24,000 nt of DNA, from positions 4,659,695 to 4,683,694 of the forward strand of contig NZ_AP025281.1 of NCBI RefSeq assembly GCF_024347195.1, given 5' to 3'. The notes beneath the pieces were generated by a model. It did no database searches. It was not told the origin of the DNA and saw only the letters and a program-made list of their open reading frames with translations. Position 1 is the stretch's first letter, and each line of letters begins with the position of its first letter. Below, in pieces: positions 10,574 through 17,396 of this stretch. Both the position numbers and the translations under genes were made by a program. This DNA is from Aliamphritea hakodatensis. GTDB lineage: Bacteria; Pseudomonadota; Gammaproteobacteria; Pseudomonadales; Balneatricaceae.

Positions 10574-10756
10574 AACAGTTAAGCGTATTAAGTTACCCCT
10601 GCCGCCGCGTCCCACGACGGATTTTCAAAGCATAGCAAAGCACGGGAATATCATGCGGACAAAAATTCATACCCGCAACACAGCACGAAAGCACAACAAA
10701 AACTGTAAGGGATAAAAATAAGAGAATAAAGAGTCATAAGAAAAGGGAAATAGAAG

Positions 10757-10832
10757 TGGTGGGTTGTATAGGATTCGAACCTATGACCAATTGGTTAAAA
10801 GCCAACTGCTCTACCAACTGAGCTAACAACCC
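10757..10832 (-). tRNA. tRNA-Lys (anticodon UUU), copy 1
   Basis: The reverse complement folds as a cloverleaf: acceptor GGGTTGT/ACAACCC, D-stem GCTC/GAGC, anticodon loop CTTTTAA, T-arm ATAGG-TTCGAAT-CCTAT, encoded CCA. 76 nt. Confidence 0.97.
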
Positions 10833-10880
10833 ACGCTTGTACCTCTCCCCATACCACTTTTCTGAAGAACTCAGAAAAAG

Positions 10881-10956
10881 TGGTGGGTCGTATAGGATTC
10901 GAACCTATGACCAATTGGTTAAAAGCCAACTGCTCTACCAACTGAGCTAACGACCC
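10881..10956 (-). tRNA. tRNA-Lys (anticodon UUU), copy 2
   Basis: Identical to copy 1 except for a compensatory change at acceptor pair 5:68 (C:G instead of T:A). 76 nt with encoded CCA. Confidence 0.97.
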
Positions 10957-10960
10957 GTAG

Positions 10961-11036
10961 TGGCTCCTCGAGCTGGACTCGAACCAGCGACCAATAGATT
11001 AACAGTCTACTGCTCTACCAACTGAGCTATCGAGGA
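10961..11036 (-). tRNA. tRNA-Asn (anticodon GUU)
   Basis: Acceptor TCCTCGA/TCGAGGA, anticodon loop CTGTTAA, T-arm GCTGG-TTCGAGT-CCAGC, encoded CCA. Only 4 nt separate it from tRNA-Lys copy 2. Confidence 0.97.
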
Positions 11037-11056
11037 ACAACGTTTCTCACATTTAA

Positions 11057-11147
11057 TGGCGGAGGAGCAGGGATTCGAACCCTGGAAGGGCTATTAACCC
11101 TCGCCGGTTTTCAAGACCGGTGCTTTCAACCACTCAGCCACCCCTCC
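11057..11147 (-). tRNA. tRNA-Ser (anticodon UGA), class II with long variable arm
   Basis: 91 nt. The anticodon arm CCGGT-CTTGAAA-ACCGG is identical to E. coli serT as I remember it. Long variable arm GAGGGTTAATAGCCCTTC, T-arm CAGGG-TTCGAAT-CCCTG, encoded CCA. Confidence 0.96.
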
Positions 11148-11160
11148 TGTGAGGCCGCGT

Positions 11161-11235
11161 ATATTAAAGGATTTTGCTTTTGTGTCAACACCCTCTTTTA
11201 AAAAAACCATAACTTTTTAGAAAATTTTACGGAAC
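11161..11235 (-). promoter_or_regulatory. sigma70 promoter of the tRNA operon with UP-like element and GC-rich discriminator
   Basis: Minus-strand reading: TTGACA (11188-11183), 16-nt spacer, TAATAT (11166-11161), then ACGCGGCC just before the tRNA-Ser 5' end. An AT-rich tract (AAAATTTTCTAAAAAGTTATGGTTTTTTTAAAAGA) lies upstream of the -35. Confidence 0.75.
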
Positions 11236-11384
11236 AGATCACGGCTCAACTATGCTGATGATATACAAGGTACTTATGACACCCTGCAGGCCTTAATTTC
11301 CCGCCTTATAACTGGGATAATATCGCCACGGCTACAGTGTATATAAGCACTGCAGTACCTCACTGAATCCAACTGGACACATAC

Positions 11385-12221
11385 ATGGCAACTATTGGCA
11401 GAAGCAATCAATTAAAAGTAGTAAAAGAAGTGAAGTTCGGCGTCTATCTGGACGGGGAAGAACTTGGCGATATTTTACTGCCAGTCCGTTATGTGCCGGA
11501 GAACACCAAAATCGGTGACATATTAGACGTATTCATTTATCTGGATTCAGACGACTACCTGATCGCCACCACACTGGAACCGAAAACCGCCGTAGGTGAG
11601 TTTGCCTGCCTGACGGCCGTCTCGGTTAACCGTATCGGCGCTTTTTTCGACTGGGGCCTGCCAAAAGACCTGCTGGTGCCTTTCAGTGAGCAGAAACAAA
11701 CAGTCGAAGAAGGTAAAAAGTACCTTGTTTATACCTATCTGGATAACGAAACAGACCGTATTGCCGGCTCCACTAAACTCAATAAGTTCCTGGATAACTA
11801 CCCGCACGCATTTAAAAAGGGCCAGCAGGTAGACCTGATTATCGAGGACCATACCCATATCGGCTACAAAGCAATTATCAACGGCACCCACTGGGGCGTT
11901 GTGTATGACAACGACGTATTCAAACCCCTGCGTTACGGCCAGAAGATGAAAGGCTTTATTAAGCAGATCCGCCCGGACGGCAAAATTAACCTCACTCTGC
12001 AAAAGCTTGGCTATGGCAAAACCGACGATGTCAGCAAACGCATTATGCATATGCTGCAGGAACAGGACGGCTTTATTGCCTGTAACGACAAAACCCCGCC
12101 GGATGTTATCTACAAACTGTTCGGTGTCAGCAAGAAAGCCTTCAAACTGGCCATCGGCCGCCTGTACAAAGAACGCAGCATTACAATCGAAGAACGTGGC
12201 ATTCGCCTGAACGAGAAATAA
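11385..12221 (+). CDS. cvfB: S1-domain RNA-binding protein, CvfB/YitL family
   Basis: 278 aa. The C-terminus (DGFIACNDKTPPDVIYKLFGVSKKAFKLAIGRLYKERSITIEERGIRL) parallels the winged-helix end of S. aureus CvfB as I remember it. Repeated S1-like segments run through the N-terminal two thirds. Confidence 0.85.
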   Translation: MATIGRSNQLKVVKEVKFGVYLDGEELGDILLPVRYVPENTKIGDILDVFIYLDSDDYLIATTLEPKTAVGEFACLTAVSVNRIGAFFDWGLPKDLLVPFSEQKQTVEEGKKYLVYTYLDNETDRIAGSTKLNKFLDNYPHAFKKGQQVDLIIEDHTHIGYKAIINGTHWGVVYDNDVFKPLRYGQKMKGFIKQIRPDGKINLTLQKLGYGKTDDVSKRIMHMLQEQDGFIACNDKTPPDVIYKLFGVSKKAFKLAIGRLYKERSITIEERGIRLNEK

Positions 12222-12297
12222 CCGGTCTCAGTAAAACGTCCAGTGCCGCTTTGCGCGGCACCCTGCTAGACTCGGGCAAACCGTTTAGGAGAGCCTG

Positions 12298-13371
12298 ATG
12301 TCTGCATATATTATTGCCGCTGCCAAAACCACCGATGGGCAACCCGCCGGCGGCAGCCACACCCTTTCAGACTGTCAGACTGTTCAGGCCCGGCTCTCAG
12401 CTGCAGGCATCAGCATCCACCACCTGACAATAGACCCTCTGAGTACCGACTGGCACAGCCCGCTCGAACCCGGTCATTTCCGCAGTGGCGCAGCACCTGT
12501 AGAAGCACTTACCGAAGCCCTCTCCCTCCTGCAGACACCCGGCACGGCCGTTGTCATCAGCGGTACCGACCCCTTGCGCACCGGATACGAAAAAACCGAC
12601 CGGACGGCACGCATGGCGATCTACGGTACAGACTATACCCTGATCGACGCCTATACCGATCTCAGTAAAGCTTTTGCCCACCAGCACAGCTTCAGTGAGA
12701 CACAATTCCGGCAGTGTGCTCAGGCGTTATTCGACAACTACCTGCACACCTTTGCAGAACGGCATCCTGACGCACCTCAGCCCGGTGCAGCCTGGTTTAA
12801 GCCGGTGAGCGAACTGTTCCGCGGCGTCGATTGCGCCAACCCGGTACAGGATTTCAGCGGTCAGTTAATACTCTGTCACGCAGACACCGCAGATACCCTG
12901 GCGATCCCTCAGGCACAAAGAGTCGCGGTACGGGGCGCTAGCTGCATAACACTGCCGGCCGACGGTAAACCGGCCATCGCAGAGATTGTCCGTTACGGGC
13001 ACCTGCACAGCACCTTTCAGCAAGCCTGTCAGCAAGCCAGCATAGACTTCAGAGACGCTTTTGTTCATGGTCACGCTATTCTGGATGTTTACACCTGCTT
13101 CCCCGTGGTACCAATGGCCTTTCTGCTAACCACCGGATTTGTCAGTTCGCCGGATGCCCTGCCGCATTTTCTTGCTGAATATCCGGTGACCGTCAGTGGC
13201 GGCATGAATCTCGCTAAAGGCCCCTGGAACAACCCGGCCCTGAGCAGCCTCATTGACAGCTACCGGGTAATCACAGAAGGCCGCAGTCAGATTGCCGGCG
13301 TACACGGCAATGGTGGTCTGGGATATAAACAGGGGTTTGCTATCCTGACCCACGCGGACTATCCCGCATAA
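12298..13371 (+). CDS. thiolase-fold (acetyl-CoA acetyltransferase-like) protein of unknown function
   Basis: 357-aa ORF with AGGAGAG 6 nt upstream of the ATG. The C-terminal half resembles thiolase-like proteins (ILDVYTCFPVVPMAF, TVSGGMNLAKGPWNNPALSSLI, GVHGNGGLGYKQG). The N-terminus AYIIAAAKTT resembles the first thiolase strand. The product call is tentative. Confidence 0.55.
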   Translation: MSAYIIAAAKTTDGQPAGGSHTLSDCQTVQARLSAAGISIHHLTIDPLSTDWHSPLEPGHFRSGAAPVEALTEALSLLQTPGTAVVISGTDPLRTGYEKTDRTARMAIYGTDYTLIDAYTDLSKAFAHQHSFSETQFRQCAQALFDNYLHTFAERHPDAPQPGAAWFKPVSELFRGVDCANPVQDFSGQLILCHADTADTLAIPQAQRVAVRGASCITLPADGKPAIAEIVRYGHLHSTFQQACQQASIDFRDAFVHGHAILDVYTCFPVVPMAFLLTTGFVSSPDALPHFLAEYPVTVSGGMNLAKGPWNNPALSSLIDSYRVITEGRSQIAGVHGNGGLGYKQGFAILTHADYPA

Positions 13372-13511
13372 AGTTACCCACATATTCTGTGCATAAGCCT
13401 TGGAAAAAGATCTGCATAACCGCCATACCCTGCGGTTCCCAAGGCTCTCAGCCAGCGGACAGTTAATGATCAACGCCCCCTGTTAAGAAAATAATTTAAT
13501 TTTTATATATT

Positions 13512-13531
13512 ATTATTGATAATCATTATTA
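13512..13531 (+). promoter_or_regulatory. Fur box overlapping a sigma70 promoter
   Basis: ATTATTGATAATCATTATT (13512-13530) matches GATAATGATAATCATTATC at 15 of 19 positions. TGATAATCATTATTA (13517-13531) matches the 7-1-7 form TGATAATnATTATCA at 14 of 15. It overlaps the -35 TTGATA (13516-13521) and the 17-nt spacer before the -10 TAGTAT (13539-13544). An AT-rich UP-like tract lies at 13487-13515. Confidence 0.75.
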
Positions 13532-13550
13532 TTTGCATTAGTATCAATCC

Positions 13551-13704
13551 CGCTCGTAAGTGGTCGGCAAAGTACTCACCTCACCGATACTTTGTCATCG
13601 CAGGCGACGCTGATTTGGCCAGCGTCGCCTGCAAACTTACATGCAAGCTTTACAGGCTCTTGTCATAAGTATTTTTTCAGCGGGTGCTCACCCGCTGTTT
13701 TTTT
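13551..13704 (+). ncRNA. candidate Fur-regulated small RNA (about 154 nt; 5' end estimated from the -10)
   Basis: Bounded by the promoter/Fur box above and an intrinsic terminator. Stem-loop 1 at 13566-13596: 9 bp with a 13-nt loop CUCACCUCACCGA. Stem-loop 2 at 13600-13632: perfect 13-bp stem GCAGGCGACGCTG/CAGCGTCGCCTGC. An A/U-rich linker follows. There is no ORF with an RBS. Confidence 0.6.
13678..13704 (+). terminator. intrinsic terminator of the candidate sRNA
   Basis: CAGCGGGT / GCTC / ACCCGCTG followed by seven T (13698-13704). Confidence 0.85.
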
Positions 13705-13838
13705 ATCTGCCCTCAACTGAACATTCATACCGCCCACCCGGACACCCCATTTGCTGACATAAATCAGCACCGGCCAGCTGTATATAGCAGCAACCCTGAG
13801 CTACTATAGGCCGCATTTCAACCAGCCCGGTTTTCTTC

Positions 13839-16070
13839 ATGCAACAGGATCTCACCCCAAAGGCCAAGCACCTGATATTTGTGGGCGGCGGCCACGCCCA
13901 TGCGCTTGCCCTGCTTATGATGGCAATGAAGAAACCGGAAGGCGTTAAAATCACTCTGATTTCAAATGCCATTCAAACCCCTTATTCAGGTATGCTGCCG
14001 GGGCTGATCGCCGGACACTACAGTTTTGACGAAGCCCACATCGATCTGGGCCGGTTATGCCGCTTTGCAGGGGTTAACTTCATTGAAGACTACGTGACCG
14101 GTATCGACCCGGACAACCGGACCGTACACTGCCGGAATCATCCGGATTTCAGCTACGATATCCTCAGCATCGATACCGGCTCGGTTCCCGGCCGCCATCA
14201 GATACCCGGGGCCACTGAATGGACCATCCCGGTCAAGCCAGTAGACCGTTTTCTGGACCATTGGCAGGCCATTCAGACACACATCCGCCAGTCACCCGAA
14301 GCCTCTTTGCGCATAGGTGCGGTTGGCGGCGGGGCCAGTGCTGTTGAAGTCATACTGGCCATGCAGCATAAACTTCAGCAGGCACAACTGGCAGATCAGG
14401 TCAGCTTCCATGTGGTCAGCGGTCCGGATGACATTCTGCCAAACCACAACGACAAGGTACGCAACCGCTACCGCCAGGTATTGAATAAACGTCAGGTGGA
14501 AGTACATACCGGCTTTACCGTCAGCCGGGTTAGCGAACACTGCCTGCATACCGCCGATGAACGTACCCTTGAGTTGGACTACATTATCTGGGCAACCGCG
14601 GCCACCGGTGCCGAATGGCCCGCGCAGGCAGGCCTGCAAACCGGGCCGTCCGGCTGCATTGAAGTGAATGACTGTCTGCAGTCACTCTCTCATCCGAATA
14701 TCTTTGCCTGTGGTGATATTGCCGACATGATCAACCATCCCCGGCCAAAAGCCGGGGTCTTTGCAGTGCGTCAGGGCAAGCCACTACTGAAAAACCTGCT
14801 GGCGGCACTGGCAGGTAAAAAGCTCACGCCTTTTAAGCCACAAAAACAGTTTCTCAGCCTGATCAGCACCGGCGACAAATATGCCGTTGCTTCACGCAGC
14901 AACTGGTCACTGGCTGGCCGCCTGATCTGGCACTGGAAAAACCGTATCGATCAGAAGTTCATGCGCCGTTTCAGTGAAGCCACCATGCTGCCGGACGCCA
15001 GCAGTAATAAGCCAGTCAAAGTGGAAAACCCGGACATGCGCTGCGGCGGCTGCGGCGCCAAGGTTGGTAATACCGTATTGCAACGGGTACTCAGCCAGTT
15101 GCCTTCCGGCTCAAAAGACGACATTCCCGTCGGGCTGCAACACCCGGATGACGCCGCAGTCATCGCCGTGCCTGAAGACAAACTGCTGGTGCAGTCTGTG
15201 GACAGTTTCCGTCAGTTGATTAACGACGACTACCAGTTCGGTAAAATAGCCGCGGTTCATGCGCTGGGCGACGTATTCGCCATGGGCGCCACCGCCCACA
15301 GCGCTCAGGCACTGGTCACCTTACCCCATGCCAGCGACGAACTGCTGGAAGAACAGCTCCTTCACCTGCTCAAAGGTGCTTTGGACATCTTTACTGAATG
15401 TGGCGTCACCCTGGTGGGCGGCCATACCTCGGAAGGCAGTGAACTGTCACTGGGCTTTGCCATCAACGGCTTTGCCGATCCGCAACAGCTGATGACCAAA
15501 GGCGGTATCCGCAGCGGCGACTACCTGCTGGTCACCAAACCTCTTGGGACCGGCGTACTCTTTGCCAGCGACATGCGCGGTCAGGCCCACGGCCGCTGGA
15601 TCAGTGCCGCCCTGCAACAGATGCAGCACTCCAACTTCAGGGCCAGCCAGATCCTTGGCGACTTTGACTGTAAAGCCTGTACCGATATCACCGGCTTTGG
15701 TCTGGCCGGCCACCTGCTGGAAATGCTCAGCCCCGGTGGCTTCAGCGCCGAACTGATAAGCAACCGCCTGCCAGTACTGGAAGGCGCAGAACTCTGCCTG
15801 CAGAGCGGCCTGCAAAGTTCACTGCACCCGGATAACCGGCGCTATGACAGTCAGGTGACCGCTGATAAAGACATTCCTGCCGGGCGTCAGGAGCTACTAT
15901 ACGACCCGCAAACCGCCGGTGGTTTACTGGCAGCCATCCACCCGGATAAGCTGGACGACTGTTTGGCAGCATTACAGACCGCCGGATACAGCCATACTGC
16001 CGTCATTGGTAAAGTAACCGACCCGGTTGGCTGCAGCGCAAAAATCCGGCTGGTAACCGGTACGGAATAA
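13839..16070 (+). CDS. selD: bifunctional FAD-dependent pyridine nucleotide-disulfide oxidoreductase (NADH dehydrogenase-like) / selenide, water dikinase SelD
   Basis: 743 aa. The N-terminal roughly 385 aa carries two Rossmann motifs (HLIFVGGGHAHA; IGAVGGGASAVE) and ACGDIA. The C-terminal roughly 345 aa is SelD-like, starting at MRCGGCGAKVG (Cys405/Lys408 align with E. coli Cys17/Lys20), with PDDAAV, DSFRQLINDDYQFGKIAAVHALGDVFAMGA, LVGGHTSEG and ACTDITGFGLAGHL. Confidence 0.9.
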   Translation: MQQDLTPKAKHLIFVGGGHAHALALLMMAMKKPEGVKITLISNAIQTPYSGMLPGLIAGHYSFDEAHIDLGRLCRFAGVNFIEDYVTGIDPDNRTVHCRNHPDFSYDILSIDTGSVPGRHQIPGATEWTIPVKPVDRFLDHWQAIQTHIRQSPEASLRIGAVGGGASAVEVILAMQHKLQQAQLADQVSFHVVSGPDDILPNHNDKVRNRYRQVLNKRQVEVHTGFTVSRVSEHCLHTADERTLELDYIIWATAATGAEWPAQAGLQTGPSGCIEVNDCLQSLSHPNIFACGDIADMINHPRPKAGVFAVRQGKPLLKNLLAALAGKKLTPFKPQKQFLSLISTGDKYAVASRSNWSLAGRLIWHWKNRIDQKFMRRFSEATMLPDASSNKPVKVENPDMRCGGCGAKVGNTVLQRVLSQLPSGSKDDIPVGLQHPDDAAVIAVPEDKLLVQSVDSFRQLINDDYQFGKIAAVHALGDVFAMGATAHSAQALVTLPHASDELLEEQLLHLLKGALDIFTECGVTLVGGHTSEGSELSLGFAINGFADPQQLMTKGGIRSGDYLLVTKPLGTGVLFASDMRGQAHGRWISAALQQMQHSNFRASQILGDFDCKACTDITGFGLAGHLLEMLSPGGFSAELISNRLPVLEGAELCLQSGLQSSLHPDNRRYDSQVTADKDIPAGRQELLYDPQTAGGLLAAIHPDKLDDCLAALQTAGYSHTAVIGKVTDPVGCSAKIRLVTGTE

Positions 16071-16175
16071 GCATTTAACCAAAAGATAAAAAACTTTCCG
16101 GTTTTCAGTTTTATTTCATTCCTCAGAATTAATCTGGACGACATGATCCAAGCACCCAATTCTGAGGGACACACC

Positions 16176-17336
16176 ATGAACAAAAAAATAGCCATCCCAG
16201 CCTTTCTGGCTGTCGCGGTGACCGGTGCCAGCGCACTGGTCTGGTCAGCCAGTGGCCAGACCAGCCAGAAAGCAACACCGATTGCCGAAAATGCAATGAC
16301 CAGCGAAGGCCTGGCCATCGCAACATTTGCCGGTGGCTGTTTCTGGTGTACCGAAGCCGGCTTTGAAAAACTGCCTGGCGTCACAGAAGCGGTCTCAGGC
16401 TATACCGGCGGACATGATACAACCCCAACCTACAATGAAGTTGCAGGCGGCGTGAGTGGCCACACTGAAGCTGTGCAGGTGTTTTACGACCCGGAAGTGA
16501 TTACCTATCGTGGTTTGGTAGAGTCCCTGTGGCGCCAGATGGATCCGACCGACGGGACCGGCTCATTTGTAGACCGGGGCAGCCAGTACCGCCCGGGCAT
16601 TTTCTTCCACAATGAAACCCAGCGCCGCATTGCAGAACAGTCCATGCTGGAGCTGGCAGCCTCAGGCCGCTACAGCCAGCCACTGGCCACCGAACTGACT
16701 CAGCTGGAAACCTTTTACCCGGCAGAAGAATACCATCAGGACTATTACAAAAAGAGCCCGATTCGCTATAAGTTCTACCGCTTTAATTCCGGCCGGGATC
16801 AGTATTTACAGAAAACCTGGGGCGACGATCTCAATCCGGATTTCACACAGTTTGGCCTTGAAGACCAGGGTCAGCAGCTAGTCACTCAGGACCGCAGCGA
16901 GTTTGTTAAACCCAGCGATGAAGAACTGCGGGAAACACTCACCGAGCTGCAATATGAAGTCACCCAGAAAGATGCCACTGAACGGCCGTTCAACAATGAA
17001 TTCTGGGATAACAAGCGTGAAGGTATCTATGTGGATATCGTCAGCGGCGAACCGCTGTTCTCATCAAAGGATAAGTTCAAATCCGGTACCGGCTGGCCGA
17101 GCTTTACCAAACCTCTGTATCCGGCATCCATTGTTGAGCACACGGATACCAGCTTCTTCATGACCCGCACGGAAGTACGCAGCCAGAATGCTGATTCCCA
17201 TCTGGGGCATGTGTTTAAAGATGGTCCGGCACCGACCGGCCTGCGGTACTGCATCAACTCAGCATCGATGCGCTTCATTGAAAAAGATCAGCTGGCCGCT
17301 GCCGGGTATCCGGAACTGCTCAGCCTGTTTGAATAA
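16176..17336 (+). CDS. msrAB: exported bifunctional methionine sulfoxide reductase MsrA/MsrB
   Basis: Start moved to ATG 16176 (GAGGGA 7 nt upstream), giving the signal peptide [25 protein letters not shown]. MsrA motifs: [23 protein letters not shown]. MsrB motifs: GTGWPSF, RYCINS. There are no MsrB zinc CxxC pairs. Confidence 0.92.
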   Translation: MNKKIAIPAFLAVAVTGASALVWSASGQTSQKATPIAENAMTSEGLAIATFAGGCFWCTEAGFEKLPGVTEAVSGYTGGHDTTPTYNEVAGGVSGHTEAVQVFYDPEVITYRGLVESLWRQMDPTDGTGSFVDRGSQYRPGIFFHNETQRRIAEQSMLELAASGRYSQPLATELTQLETFYPAEEYHQDYYKKSPIRYKFYRFNSGRDQYLQKTWGDDLNPDFTQFGLEDQGQQLVTQDRSEFVKPSDEELRETLTELQYEVTQKDATERPFNNEFWDNKREGIYVDIVSGEPLFSSKDKFKSGTGWPSFTKPLYPASIVEHTDTSFFMTRTEVRSQNADSHLGHVFKDGPAPTGLRYCINSASMRFIEKDQLAAAGYPELLSLFE

Positions 17337-17357
17337 TTCGTTTCGTTCCCCAACGAA

Positions 17358-17388
17358 TGCAGGCGCTGTTCACAGCGCCTGCGCTTTT
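17358..17388 (+). terminator. intrinsic terminator after msrAB (between convergent genes)
   Basis: GCAGGCGCTG / TTCA / CAGCGCCTGC followed by GCTTTTTC on the plus strand. It is weaker in the minus direction (followed by ATTCGTTGG). Confidence 0.8.
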
Positions 17389-17396
17389 TCAGGAAC

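Noticed and set aside
8686-10756. The idea that the protease pair is a genomic islet integrated at the 3' end of tRNA-Lys.
   Set aside because: There is no integrase or recombinase. I found no direct repeat of the tRNA-Lys 3' end (GGATTCGAACC...) at the far border (8686-8903), and nothing phage- or IS-like. Tandem duplication of a chromosomal gene is the simpler explanation.
13600-13632. A shared GCAGGCG...CGCCTGC stem between this hairpin and the msrAB terminator (17358-17381), suggesting a REP-like repeat family.
   Set aside because: There are only two instances, they share 7-10 nt, and their loops and contexts differ. That is insufficient to call a repeat family without a genome-wide count.
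13640-13765. A 41-codon ORF (MQALQALVISIFSAGAHPLFFY...) starting inside the candidate sRNA.
   Set aside because: It has no Shine-Dalgarno sequence, and it runs straight through the intrinsic terminator stem and T-tract.
15042-15062. A selenocysteine (TGA) version of the SelD active-site loop, or a SECIS element.
   Set aside because: The loop codons are plain TGC (Cys). There is no in-frame TGA anywhere in the ORF.
15887-16384. A 165-aa minus-strand ORF bridging the selD 3' end and the msrAB 5' end.
   Set aside because: It overlaps two well-supported plus-strand genes in antisense and has no homology features.
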